DNA from: Negaprion brevirostris
Lineage: Eukaryota
Reading direction: 5' to 3'
Length of the DNA: 64,000 nucleotides
Assembly: GCA_030324005.1 (NCBI GenBank)
Contig: JARDVH010000124.1
Location: forward strand, 22,844,085-22,908,084
Below are positions 49,476 through 63,246 of the stretch, one piece after another (within the stretch, counting starts at the first letter, position 1; each line of letters begins with the position of its first letter). The notes under the pieces are model-generated. The model saw only the letters and a list, made by a program, of their open reading frames with translations, had not been told where the DNA came from and did not search any database. A program made the position numbers and the translations under genes.

Positions 49476-52400
49476 ATAGGGACTGTGGAAGAATTCACAT
49501 CTGTAAAAGCATTTTTTCTATTCAAAACAGCTGCATAATATCGAAGTTCCATTTTTACTGAAATTTGCCCTGGAGAGGACTCTCAGCAATTCACTGCTCT
49601 GCTTCCCTCAGGGCCAATACTGGAGTGTTTCCAAGCTATAACACAGACGGGCGTTACATTACACTACCTCCTGCACCACCACAACTCTGTTGAATATACT
49701 TATTCAGATGTAGCTGAAAAAAATGTGAAGGCTGCAACAATCATTCAACTGTTACCACCCGGTCCTGGCCCCATTTTAGGGCCCCAAACCCCTGCCTGGG
49801 TAGTAGAATTTTTCACTAAATGATACTGTATACTTGAAGAATCACAATGGACAGATACATTAAAGAGAGAATACTGGCTCAAAGATCTTTTCAAAGTGGC
49901 ATTGAAATGGTAGTAATTAGGAGAGATTTTTCAACTAACTTTGGTGTTACCTATAGGCTTGTTTTGTTTACACTGATTTTCAGTTCCAACTTTCTTAAAC
50001 TCTCATAAAAGGGTCTCTAGTCAACTGTCAATTTAAGCTCTTTTAAATGAAGTCTGATCTGACAAGTACTGGTGCTGATGACATATAAATGAATGTTTGC
50101 CAAGGACCTCTGTGTTCACCCTTGACCTCTGTCCTGTAGATCACATTAAGCCTGACATTATCTTACTGTCAACTCGATGGGAAGGAGTGTTTAAGATAAA
50201 GAGTGGAATCAGGCTAAGACAACAAGCTGAAATTGGAAAGAGCATGGACTGGACTTTCTTTACCAGCAACAAGATAGTAAATATTAAATANNNNNNNNNN
50301 ACTTCCTGCTTTCCATCAAAGACACTAAAACACAAACATCACCTCTTCTATCTGCTGCTTTACGACAAAAGTACAGTGGAAGTAAGTTGAGGTGGGCTAT
50401 GATGCCAAAACAAAATGCCTTATTCATTCCACAGAGAAATAAACAGATTATCCAGTTGTTCCCATTATTTCTGCATTGCTACAAGACGTCAACTAATAGA
50501 ACAAGAGCACGCAATTCTAGATTCCCTAAGTCAGGACAATATTCGGGTCTTGCAAGAATTTGTTTTATTCGTTTTTGGAATAAGAACATCAGTGGTTAGG
50601 CCAGCATTTACTGCCGATCCTTAATGACAATCGAGGTGGTGGTGATAAACCACATTTTTGAACCACTGGTGTCTGAATAATAGGTACACCCACAGTACTT
50701 TAAGGAGGTACTCCAGATTATGACCTAGCAACAATGAAGAACATCGATACACATCTGCACATACAAGTGCCCAAAATTTCAAATCACTAGGCCTAATTTA
50801 AACGGATTCAACTCATGTGNNNNNNNNNNNNNNNNNNNNNNNNNNNNNNNNNNNNNNNNNNNNNNNNNNNNNNNNNNNNNNNNNNNNNNNNNNNNNNNNN
50901 NNNNNNNNNNNNNNNNNNNNNNNNNNNNNNNNNNNNNNNNNNNNNNNNNNNNNNNNNNNNNNNNNNNNNNNNNNNNNNNNNNNNNNNNNNNNNNNNNNNN
51001 NNNNNNNNNCTATTGTTTGGGCCGCTGTTAAATCTCATGTCATTTCCAAATAAAATACGCTTTGTGACACCAGGTGCAGCACCACAAGGCAGGTCTGCAC
51101 ACAATATCTGTGATGATGGAAGTCTAGACATACTTGCATGTTTGTGCCCTTTATTCATTCCTTTACAAACTTTAAATCAGTGGCTCAAAGCCAAATCCTT
51201 GTTCTCAGTAGCAAATGAGAAGCAACTCAAATGAAAATATTTTTTGAATGTGTCAAATGAAAGCACTGAAGGGAACACAATTGAAATAAATAGCACTCCC
51301 TATTTCAGTGAATTTCAAAAATTTGGAGAACATAGCCTTCTACTTAAACTAAAATCCTGGAACCCGCTGCCTACAGGAATGGTAAAACTAGAGACGAATA
51401 CGTTTGAGAGAAATAAACTTACAAGGCTAGAGGATAGGGCAGCAAAAGGACTGACTAGGTTGCTGTCTAGAGAACTAGCAGGAACTTGATGGGCCAAGTG
51501 GCTGCATTCTGTGCCATAATGACTCTACGATGCTACAATGAAGGACCAGCACCAGACAGGAGAACATCAGCAAGCTTGAAAAAGTTGCATCTAGGCATGA
51601 GTTTCAAAACTGGGCATGTTAAAGGATGGGGACCAAGGAACCTTAGCAGCTTCAGTTTTTGCAGTCCTTGAGACAAAAGGGGGAGAGAAAAGATGGAAAC
51701 AAGTGGGGAATCATTGATCAGACAAGCTTCTCCTTGCACAGGATAACCAGAGCTGCTGGAAATCTTTGAGACACAGAAAAGGCATTCAAATTTTGGATGG
51801 GCTCAGACTATTGAGACAGTTAACTAATGAGATGAAAATACGTGGAGAGCTGAAAAGAGGAAACCATGAAAGGAGGAAACAGTTTCTCCAGCAGCTGGAG
51901 CAATGGCATTGAGATGGAAGGTCTAATTGAGGTCATAGTTACTCAATGCCAAAACTGCTGATAGATGAAGAACTACTGAAGAAGTCAAAGTTATCGAGTG
52001 ACAGCTGTTGTTTAGACTTGAGAGATGTGTAGAAGAAACAACAACTTGAGGGCTAACAGCAGCTTCTATAACTTTATATGGGCAAATGGACTGAAATTAG
52101 AAAGCAGATGATTTTTCTGAGGGACAGGATGAATACTAGCAAACTTCGAGGGATCAAGGCAGATGAACGGTAATTACAAGGGACTGAAGAAACAGTGCAA
52201 GACATGGGTCAGTGAGGGGAAAATTTTGAATCTTCTGAAAGTATGAGAATAGCTACTATTCAGACCAATCGTCTTATTGGATTCCAAACAACCAAGTAGT
52301 AAATGGAACTTGGAGAAGAAAGATTTGATGTCAGACATATTGACTTGAGCAGGACAGAGGAAAGATTCCTCATGAATATCAAGAATAGAGCTGGAGAAAT

Positions 52401-53249
52401 GCAAGCTGAAAAGGTCAGCTTTTATCTTTGAGAGTTAGCAACCACGACATTTGTACAGAAATGGGGGGGGGAACATAAATAAACGCAGAAGTTACAAGAG
52501 ACAGCTTTACAAAAGGTGTGAAACTCTCTACAGTTCTTCGCTCCCATATTGCTTCAATAAATCTAAATTAGCTTTACCACCAAAAGTTTGAAGCTGCCAA
52601 GAAAAATGGCCAAGTGCCACCAGCCATTCTATTTCATTTTTCTGTCCATACAGTGAATGAACAAAAAAAATTCTTAAAAAAAAAGGGAAGAGTTCCGAGC
52701 TCTCGTACTTACTTTTTGAACAAACAGCACATAACACCACTACACCCCCCTACCACCCCCAAAAGTCCACTTTTCGGTCGCAGGGGGTCCAGAACAATTA
52801 CAACAATTGCGCTGGGGACGGTACAGGCAGAAATGTGAGCCATCATCAGTCATGTCTTTTGTCATCTAAAATGCTTTCTCCCTGGTACTGAAGCAATCTT
52901 CCAACATGAGCAGAGCTGCTGCCTGGAACGGATGTTCTAAATGTCCAGTCACTCCACAACACGCTTCCACAGCTCAAGGGGCCACAGGGATTTAAATTCC
53001 TGATAACTCTGGATCTATAGTACTCTGCATACAAAAGATATAGCAAGATAGATAAGTTTTCTATTTTTCATTTAGGTAAGTTGTAAATGGATATTACTGG
53101 AGCATAACTTTTGCACTTGTAGTGTAAGTTAAATTTATTTCTTTTAAATGCAAACACGAGGCCGCTTTGAATAGAAGATTTCCAAATTAGCTTCAGATTT
53201 GTAAGAGGCAAAGGATAACTCAAGAGTTTCAATCAAGGAGTGCAGCATG

Positions 53250-54060
53250 CTAGGAGGACATTTGACCTTCCTAGTCCCAATGAGCTCTCTAAGAGCAAAT
53301 CAGCTAGTCCCACTCCCCCACCTCACTCCTCCTTCCAAACTTTATCACTTTACAATTCTTTACATTAAATTTAATCTGTCACATGTCTAGCCATTCCCTA
53401 TCTTCACAATGGTTTTAAGTTTTGTGTCACCTGCAAAGTATGAAATTATAGCATGCACACCCAAGTTGAGATCATTAACAAAGATCAAGAAAAGAAGCAG
53501 TCCTACTACTGATTCCTTGGGAATCCCACTGCATATCTTCTTCCAGTCCGTAACACAACTATTCATCACTACTCTCTGCCTCCAGTCTACCTTGCGGCCA
53601 CCTTTCTATCCATGCTACAACTGTCCCTTTTATTCCACAGCCTCTAACTTTGCTGACAGGTCTGTTATGTCGCACTTCATCAAATGTCTTTTTAAAGTCC
53701 ACATACATCACATCAGCCACATGACCCTCATCAAAAATTCACACAAGTTAATTAAGCACTTAATTAATCCACATCTCTGCAAGTGAATATTAATTTTGTT
53801 ATGTATTATTGTTTCTAGAATGGTTTTCCCATTGCCAAGTTTAAATGATACATAGCGGCAGTGCCTATCCTTTCCCCCATCCCAACTTTTAACAAGGTTA
53901 TTATACCCACAATTCTCCAGTCCTCCAGCCATGTATCTAAGATAGATTGGAGGGTGCCTCTGCAATTTCCACCCTCACTCCCTCAGTGTCCTCAGATGCA
54001 TCTAATCATGTCCTCGTGGCTTATCAACTGTTCAGCCTGCCTCTTTAATACCACCTCTTT
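53250..54060 (-). mobile_element. Degenerate CR1 RT fragment
   Basis: SGIPKESVVGLLLFLIFVNDL...ISYFAGDTKL and NCGYNNLVK...HCRYVSF remnants. Confidence 0.8.
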
Positions 54061-54429
54061 CTCATTATGCACTCATCCAATGTCTCATTATGTGCTGGGC
54101 AACATCTTCTACCAGAGACAGCGGGGAAGCAGGAGGTGGTGAATCAGGAGGTGAATGCACGGAAGGCAAGCACAACAGAGAACAGCTGCAACTCATAACC
54201 CATTCCAATGTCAACAGTATTCCAAAGCTATCTGTCCTATCCCATCATTCCAGCCACACATACACCTCCTCTATCCTTACCAGTGTGTAACACCAGAAGT
54301 AATCCAGCCATTATTCCCACTGGAGATCTTCCTTGCTAGGTTCTTTCCTAGCTTCCTAAAATCTGCCTGCAGGACCTCATCCCTCGTTTTACCCATGTCA
54401 TTGGTACTGATGCAAGACCACAGATCATG

Positions 54430-54810
54430 AGTAATAAGAACAGGTGAAGGACGTTCGGCCCCTCAAGCCTGTTCTACCATTCAACAGCATCATGACTAAT
54501 CCAACATTCCTCACATACACTTTGCTGCCCTTTCACTGCAACTCTCAATTTCCTTACCAATCAAAATTCTATCTATCTCAGCCTTTAATACGCACAAGCG
54601 CTGGAAGCCTACCGCCCTGCCCGCCATGGAATCGGAGCAGGCCGGGGTGGACAATAGAAATGTCTGTTGACCTCGGGTGGGAATTTCCAGTCTCGATCAA
54701 GCGAGGTCATAAAATCCCATCGTGGACTCTGCCCCCACAGCTCTCTATGGCAAGAAATTCCAAAGACTTTCATCCCTCAGTGAAGAAATTCCTCCTCATC
54801 TCAGTCCATG
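54430..54810 (-). mobile_element. CR1 3' fragment with a nested MITE-like piece (about 54598-54720)
   Basis: ttcggcccctcaagcctgttctaccattcaa...ctatctatctcagccttta [insert ending ataaaatccca] ggcaagaaattccaaaga...gtgaagaaattcctcctcatctcagtcc. Confidence 0.7.
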
Positions 54811-56639
54811 GCTACTAGTTGCCCAACCTTGCCCATCAGTATGTTCCGCAGCTGTTCACTGATATCCTTTACCATGGTGCCAGGGCAGCAACATATCCTG
54901 TTCCATGTGTATAGAAATATCCATCACTGCTGCTTTCCCAATTCTTCCCCTGCACTCCACTCCCCCTCCCCAAAACAACTGGTCTTGAAACACTCAGTCA
55001 TAGCGATATGTATTATACTGCATTTTTGATCTTTGCACGTAATCTCTTTGAAAAGTAAGGGAGAGACATTTAATGATGCATTCTCCCCTCATGAAGAGAA
55101 CAAGACACACTCAGCCAGCCAAGAATGGTTGAGGAAACTGGATCAGGCAGAGGGCAGAAAAGGCAGGGAAACTGTCAAGCTTGGAAAAGAATATCAGCTG
55201 TGGCTGAGAACATACGATACCTGGCCCACGTTTCCACTCCAAACCTATTTCATCACTCACCATCAAACTTTCCCAGGCCACTCTCATGCAGGATGAAGGC
55301 ACAGGCTGCTGTGGCTCATCTTACCAAGTGCCCCTTCACCACATGACCTTCCAAATTACCCACTAGCTTTGGCTTGACACTAATTGGTAAACCTGCTGAA
55401 CCATATTGAGGCAAACAAAAAGACACCTGGAGTTCTGTCAAAACATGCCGTCAGTGAAAACTGAACAATTTAAATGGGCTCAGACCAGCCCCATAACAGC
55501 CTGGGCAAAAAAAAGGGGGCAAGTATAATCTGCAGAAAAACAAAGGCTCAGAAAGAAGAAATTCTAGAATCCTCTGCTTGTATACAGAATATACAATTTG
55601 AAAATCAGTTTAAATCTAAGAATTGAAAAGAATGTGCATTTGTACTCAGTCACTGGCAAGCTCCTTTACATTTGAAGGATCTCTGCGACCAAGTTTTCTA
55701 CAATAAGGCCCGGCTTTGAGTAGCTTTGTGAAATAGCAGATCAAATTTCACATTAACGTGGGACTGCAGGCAAGTAACTAAAATATAGAATTCCAGGTCC
55801 GTGCCATTGTCTGAATTTTGAGATTTATCCGAGAATTTGCTGCTTAAAAACTTAATCTGTGATGCTTCATGTATGTTTATTAAGGCTTGAACAGCAATCC
55901 AAAACTTCACAATAATTCATTTCGGACTAAAATAATAGCATATTGGAATACAATCTAGTTTGTAAGATTGCAACTAATTGCCTAAGAGCCCTCAGAAGAG
56001 CCAAGTTGCTGCAAGAAGGAAGTCTATAACATAGATCAATTCACTTCCCACACAAGCCTTTCACCAGAGCCAGTCCAAGGTCCAGAAGGTGTACGCCTAC
56101 ATTAACTGCCTATTCTTTTCCAAAACAGAAAGTCCTTACTGCTCATAACTATGTAATAACCCCTGCTCTGAGGTGTTCATCCATGATCGATGCAGTATGA
56201 GAACCATTTGTTATTAAATTAAAAAACACAAAAAGGCCAAGCTGGGCACACAGAATTTATGTTCCGTTTACTTGATTTGTGAAAAACACCCAACTGTGTG
56301 ATTACAGATTCCGTCTCAAATGTGCATTGGCTACAGACAGCAACCCAAAGTGCATACAGCCAACTCCGCTACACTCAAAGATGCTCAATTTCAATACATT
56401 GAACATTCAAATGTGTTTTGGAGCAAAAATAGACTTTAATCATCAACATAGATTGGTGACACTACAACCAAGTATTGCAATTTAGTAATCTGTTAGCAAG
56501 TGGCAATGAGCAACACACTATGTTGACAATTAATACTAACAGTGCTGTACCATCAGTTGACCCCAGTGTCTCTAAATTGTCAGACTTTTATTCAACATAC
56601 AATGTTACAGCAATGCTAAGTCCAATACTACGCCATCAC

Positions 56640-57160
56640 TAAGGCCATTATTTCCACCTCTGTATTGTCCCCTGCCTCAACTCATCCACTGGTGAAACAC
56701 TCATTTGAGCCTTTCTTACCCCTGAACTTGATTACACTCCTGGCTAGCAGCCCATGTTCTAAGTTCCATTAGCTAGAGGTCATCTAAAACTCTGCCTAAC
56801 TTGCACCATGTACCATTACAACCACCTACTTAAGGGCAGCTGGAGATGGACAACAAATGCTGGCCTTGCCAGTGACACACGTATCCCATGAAAGAATAAA
56901 AAAAATTCTCCCAGTGCTCCCTGAACTACACTGGCTCCTGGTTTAGTAGCATCTCAATTTTAACATTTTTATCCTGGTTTTCAAATTCTTCCATGGCCTT
57001 GTCCAGCCCGAGCTCTAATCTCTCTGGCTGAGATTTTGGTCATCTGCCCCAGTTAGCATCTTGTGTGGCCCTGTGCCAAATTTTGTTTCACAATGCCCCG
57101 TGAAGCAATTTGGCGTGATTTACTACATTGACAGGTGCTATGTACAAGCTGTAGGAGTGC
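56640..57160 (+). mobile_element. L2-clade LINE 3' fragment
   Basis: ctagaggtcatctaaaactctgcc; ctacactggctcctggtt; gtgaagcaatttgg...ggtgctatgtacaag. Confidence 0.6.
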
Positions 57161-58094
57161 CATAAAATCAGAGCTATAAATGCAAATTAGTACCAGCACA
57201 TGGAATAATCTAGCAGAAAACTGATGGACTGAAGTTAAGTGTCTGATAACATCTTGTTTTGTAAAACAAATTAATCTCTTTTCCAATGATAAGCAACCCA
57301 CACTCAGTGCTTCAGGAAAGCAGACACTAACCAAAAGTTGTACCAACTCCACCCAAGACCCCACAGTGAAATGGACTGCAAGGCAAATAAACAGTTGAAC
57401 CCTGATCCCACTCCTTCATAGATGTCACCATCACCCTATCCCAGTTCCACCAAACATTAAATACAAAGGCTTCAAAATTGCAAGATGCTAGCAAACTGAA
57501 GTGTACTGCACTCCACTGAACTTCAGTCGAAGCACAAACCAACTCAAGATAAATGGATTAAAAAGCTATCTTTTCATCAAATGGTATAATTCAAGGCCCA
57601 AGTTCACACCCAAAATTGCTTGCATCAACACAAGTGACAGGAAGCAGGCAATACGTAACTAATCATCCAGTAATATACTCTCAATCATACTCAAAGCTTA
57701 AACATCACTCTTGCATTTTGAACTCCGTGCACATGCATGTATTTCCTACAACACTTCAGCATTCAAATTTCCATCAGTACTGCTGGTAAAATGAAAATGA
57801 ATCTAAACAATTCAACCAACTCATGTTCGACACACTGCATCAAAAATGGCGGCATTTTGAAAGAATTAACATTTGTTGGCAATCACGCCACCAAAGTTTC
57901 ATGCTAATATTTTAACAGAAAGGGAACATTCTTGTTTAAGAAAAAAAAAGGTAACAACATCAAAATTTGTACTTGTTTGGGTACCTTTATTTGTGGCACT
58001 TCTATAGATTAGAAAATAGAAGTCTGGTTTATGTACAACATTTCTCTAGTAAAACTAGCTCCCTAAGCTCCTACTTCTGACACAGATTGTGATT

Positions 58095-58250
58095 TTTTTA
58101 AGGGGCGTCTTGACAAATACATGATTAAGATGGGCATAAAGGGATATGGTCCCCAGAAAGGTAGGGGGTTTTAGTTCAGTTGGGTATCATGGTTGGTGCA
58201 GGTTTGGAGGATCGAAGGGCCTATTTCTGTGCTGTACTTTTCTTTGTTCT
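58095..58250 (+). mobile_element. CR1 3' tail fragment
   Basis: tttaaggggcgtcttgacaaatacatga...gaagggcctatttctgtgctgtac. Confidence 0.7.
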
Positions 58251-59907
58251 GCATTTACTCAAGTGCAGAACCACAGAGCAGAATTTTTGAGAGTTTACGG
58301 TTGTCAGGATTAGGAAAACAATATCAATGCAAAGTAAGTGAACAATGCACAGATGTCAATCCTGCCACCCAAACCACAGCAACGTATGTGAACTATTCTT
58401 TTATCCATGTTGATTTCTCGCTCATGCATTTTACCACGTGCGTGTCCACTTTCAATGGCGACATTGAGACACGAACAGCTGTTAAAAATCAATGCTGTTC
58501 AGTATTCGGCAGATAGGAGGCAGCACTTAAGAGCCTCAGATGTCCTTTCTTTTCCCAAAACAAAACCTTGCGCACTCTTAGCAATTTCCATCCAAGTGCC
58601 TAAATGATTGCACTCCCTTCAGCTCTGCTTCTCCCATGCTCAAAAAATATAAAGATTATGTATTTTAAAAAGTTGAATATACCCATTGCCAACAAGCATG
58701 AGAGCATTACATTGTGTATATTCACTTTTAAGTAGATCTGAAATAGAGCCTAGAAGGGTTAACAAAGAGGTACTGTCCTGTTGAATAATCATTTATAATT
58801 TTTATTCTTCGGGCTCAGTTACAAATGAACATTCTATGAATGAAAAAGGCTACTTGTTATCGTTCAGAGACAACACTGAGGGAAGGAAAAAAGACGACAT
58901 TATTCCCTTTCTAGTGCAGCTCAGAGTGGGCTGTTCTTAACTTTGTGTCCTACATGACCTCTCTCAAGTCTATGACTCCATAGTTTTAAATTTTGGTNNN
59001 NNNNNNNNNNNNNNNNNNNNNNNNNNNNNNNNNNNNNNNNNNNNNNNNNNNNNNNNNNNNNNNNNNNNNNNNNNNNNNNNNNNNNNNNNNNNNNNNNNNN
59101 NNNNNNNNNNNNNNNNNNNNNNNNNNNNNNNNNNNNNNNNNNNNNNNNNNNNNNNNNNNNNNNNNNNNNNNNNNNNNNNNNNNNNNNNNNNNNNNNNNNN
59201 NNNNNNNNNNNNNNNNNNNNNNNNNNNNNNNNNNNNNNNNNNNNNNNNNNNNNNNNNNNNNNNNNNNNNNNNNNNNNNNNNNNNNNNNNNNNNNNNNNNN
59301 NNNNNNNNNNNNNNNNNNNNNNNNNNNNNNNNNNNNNNNNNNNNNNNNNNNNNNNNNNNNNNNNNNNNNNNNNNNNNNNNNNNNNNNNNNNNNNNNNNNN
59401 NNNNNNNNNNNNNNNNNNNNNNNNNNNNNNNNNNNNNNNNNNNNNNNNNNNNNNNNNNNNNNNNNNNNNNNNNNNNNNNNNNNNNNCTCCAGCAAATTCT
59501 CTGTAAATATCTCCTGGTTCAACATGCATCATATTGCCAGACCTCTCTAACAACCAAGCCTGTTGAGGTATTGCATCAGTGACCTGAAACAGCGTAACGT
59601 GTAGAACTATTGACAGCTCGATGCTCCCTCAGCATGGATTTGTTAGAACCCTTTTCCCTACTGCAGGAGGAAAATATCTCCTCCATATCCACCGGCATGT
59701 TACTGAGCAGGTTAAAGTGATTTAAATCTAGTTCTGTGCATAACCAACACACTTACAAAATGTAATTAAATGAAGCACAAATTAGGATTTTAGTGCTCTC
59801 TTGCATTAAATCTGTCTGATTTTTGGAACTAAATGCAAACACTGCAAAATAATTCACTGGTCTGCAGAACTATCTTCATAACCAAAGAATGAGGAAATGA
59901 ATTTCAG

Positions 59908-60113
59908 AACATTCTCCCTGTGTCTGTGTGGGTTTCCTCCCACAGTCCAAAGATGTGCAGGATGGGTGGATGGACCATGCTAAATTGCCCCTTAGTGTTA
60001 GAGGGACTAACTAGGATAAGTGCATGCAGTTATGGGAATAGGGCTGGGTGGGATTAAGGTTGGTACAGACTAATGGGCCAAATGGTCTCCTTCTGCATTG
60101 TAGGATTCTATGA
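59908..60113 (+). mobile_element. 5'-truncated HE1/V-SINE-like SINE with CR1-type tail
   Basis: Colinear with 33460-33660. Confidence 0.8.
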
Positions 60114-62140
60114 ACATCCTCCCTTTTAAATTCAGATCAGATTTTTTATCTGCTACCAAATGCTAATCAATCATTTGAAAGTTGTTTTGCTCTCACTGTA
60201 TCTGTTCCTCAAGTAACCCAACTCCCATCAGTCACAGTCTGGACAGACACAACATCTGTGAGGTTCATGTTGTTCCTGGTTCAAAACAGTTCTTCACGGA
60301 ATAATTCCCTGATCCGAACTTTACTATGAGCAGTTTATAACCCCAAGAGGGGCAGAGGTGGGAAAATAAACCTCCATCTCATACTTTGTTATCAAGCTCC
60401 CATTTTGAAATGGAGAATTTACCAAGTATCACTCTGCCTCACTCTCACATTAATTATGGAAATTGGTCACAGCTGGCGACAGTTCATAAGGAAAATGTTG
60501 ATGTTCCCTCATTCTACTTTCATAACACAACAAACCCAATCCAAGGACCACCTTATTTCTATAATATTTTATGCACAATGACTAACCCTCAATGTGCAAT
60601 CGAAATCACAAGAGTTCACTTTTGTTCTTCTTAAACTGCTTCTAAAATATATTGTCAAAAACCATAATTAAGCTCACTGCCTCTGATTTGTGACAGCATC
60701 ACATTTTGTATGACATGCAGACAAAATTGGAAAACTTCAATTATGTGGAGAGATTACAAGAGAATCCAAGATTGTTTCTCTTGGGGCCAAGATAGCTTTT
60801 GGGGGAGNNNNNNNNNNNNNNNNNNNNNNNNNNNNNNNNNNNNNNNNNNNNNNNNNNNNNNNNNNNNNNNNNNNNNNNNNNNNNNNNNNNNNNNNNNNNN
60901 NNNNNNNACGAGTGTTTCTCGTGGGGCCAAGATAGCTTTTGGGGGCGGGGAGACCCGGATAACTTTTGGGGCGGGGGGGCATGGGGGGATTTAATAGGTG
61001 TTCAAAATTGTGGGGAGCAGGTCTACAGAATGCATAAGGGGACACCATTTTGACTGGAGGGTGCACTGGTAACCAAAAGTAAAAGTAACTTTTGAAAAGA
61101 AAATTGGCCATATGTTTGAGACAGACACATCTGCAGGTCTATGGAAAACTGAACTAATTGAAGGGCTTTTCAAAGAGAAGTGGCAGATACTTGATGGGTG
61201 AATGGCCTCCATTTGTGCTTTACGATTCTCTGACTGGGACTAATAGGGGTAGCTCTTCAAAAAGTTTGGCACAGATACTATAGGTCATATAACCTCCCTT
61301 ATGTGTGGTGAGATTCTATGATTTCTTCAACATAAACATTATGGTGGACCTGAAAGGCCTTATAGTGTACTCCTGCTCATTATTTCTTAAGTGCTTATCT
61401 TGCTCCACTGCCAGTTTAAGCCATGCAGCCCTGTGAAGTAGCGATGGCAACAGATTTTCAGGACCAATGGGAATTTTTTTACTTATCCAATTTTTACCCA
61501 ATAACATTCATCACAAACACTTTTTCTTTTAAAAAAGTGCTGGACGAGAGTAGCAGCACAGTATGCTGCAGTGCAACTCTATCATACTACCCCATACAGC
61601 ACACTCATGATGCGCATTAAGCAAATGATTTTTAGAATTTAGATATAAAATGATTAATAGAAGTTCCTTGCTGTGCAAAATATTGCCCGACGTATTCAAC
61701 TCCAAGTACATATTATCATTCAAATACAACTATTAAGTGCATTAAGACATTTAGTCTCCTCAAATGTACAGAGAAAAATTAAGTAAACTACAAACATTAA
61801 AAACACATAACACTGCAAACACTTCACACCCGAAACCTGCCTGATACTTTTTTGCATTTTCTCCTTCATCCCATCTCAAACCTACACTGTATTAGAATCT
61901 GTTGAACCACAAAAACCTAGACTAGGGTACAACCCATCTTTCAAAAATTGTCTTTGTTAACTAAACTTTTCCTTTCTCTGCAACCTTACCCCACCTCACC
62001 CAACAGTTTTTTTCCAAGTAGAGCTTTCTCCAGGCATCTTTTAAATGAGAAATGCAAACCTGAGGAATGGTATTCTAATGGGAGTCTTGTGATGGCGCTC
62101 TTCCATTTATTTTACTTTCTATGACCCAAGTTAATTAATT

Positions 62141-62800
62141 AACATAGAACACTACAGCACAAACAGGCCCTTCAGCCCACTAGTTGCGCCCATCACATCC
62201 ATACCTACCAAGCCGTAGAACTGTCTGTAACTCCCAATCCCATTAAATCCCGTATACTCATCCAGAAGCCTTTTAAAAGGTCCCAGTGAGTTCGCCTCTA
62301 CTACCACCGACGGCAGCCGATTCCACCCACCCACTCACCACCCTCTGAGTGAAAAACTTATCCCTAAACATCTCCTCTGTACTTGCTTCCCAGCACCTTA
62401 AACCTGTGTCCTCTCGTAGCGACCAATTCAGCCCTGGGAAATAGCCTCCGAGAATCCACCCTATGTATTCCTCTCAACATTTTATAAACGTCTATCAGGT
62501 CACCACTCAACCTTCGTCTCTCCAGGGAGAAGAGACCTAGCTCCCTCAACTTATCTTCGCAAGGCATGTCTCCCAATCCAGGCAACATCCTTGTAAATCT
62601 CCTCTGCACCCTCTCAACAGCTTCGACATCCTTCCTGTAGTGAGGTGACCAGAACTGTGCACAGCACTCCAAATGGGGTCCGACAAGGGTCTTATAAAGT
62701 TGCAGCATTACCTCCCAACTCCCAAACTCAATCCCTCGATTAATGAAGGCCAGTACACCATATGCCTTCTTGACCACATCCTCCACCTGTGAGGCCGATT
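62141..62800 (-). mobile_element. CR1 (HER1-like) LINE 3' part, comparatively well preserved
   Basis: MLQLYKTLVGPHLECCAQFWSPHYRKDVEAVERVQRRFTRMLPG...LFSLERRRLSGDLIDVYK, then WNRLPSVVVEA, then tail aagggcctgtttgtgctgtagtgttctatg. Confidence 0.93.
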
Positions 62801-62945
62801 NNNNNNNNNNNNNNNNNNNNNNNNNNNNNNNNNNNNNNNNNNNNNNNNNNNNNNNNNNNNNNNNNNNNNNNNNNNNNNNNNNNNNNNNNNNNNNNNNNNN
62901 GAAATGAACAGGTTTAGGCAGGAATTCCAGAGCTGGGGTTTAGAC

Positions 62946-63246
62946 ACGGGCACCACGGTGGCAGTGGTTAGCACTGCTGACTCACAGCGCCAGGGACCCA
63001 AGTTCAAATCCCAGCTTGGGTCACTGTCTGTGTTGAGTTTGCATATTCTGCTCGTGGTTGCATGGATTTCCTCCGGGTGCTCCGGTTTCCTCCCACAGTC
63101 CAAAGATGTGCAGGTTAGGTGGATTGGCCACGCTAAATTCTCCTTCAGAGTACTCAAACAGTGCTGGAGTGTGGCGACTAGAAGATTTTCACAGTAACTT
63201 CATTGCAGGGTGAATGTAAGTCTACTTGTGACTAATAAATAAACTT
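62946..63246 (+). mobile_element. HE1/V-SINE-like SINE with AATAAA-ending tail
   Basis: ggcaccacggtggcagtggttagcactgctgactcacagcgccagggacccaagttcaaatccc head; tail cttgtgactaataaataaacttt. Confidence 0.88.
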
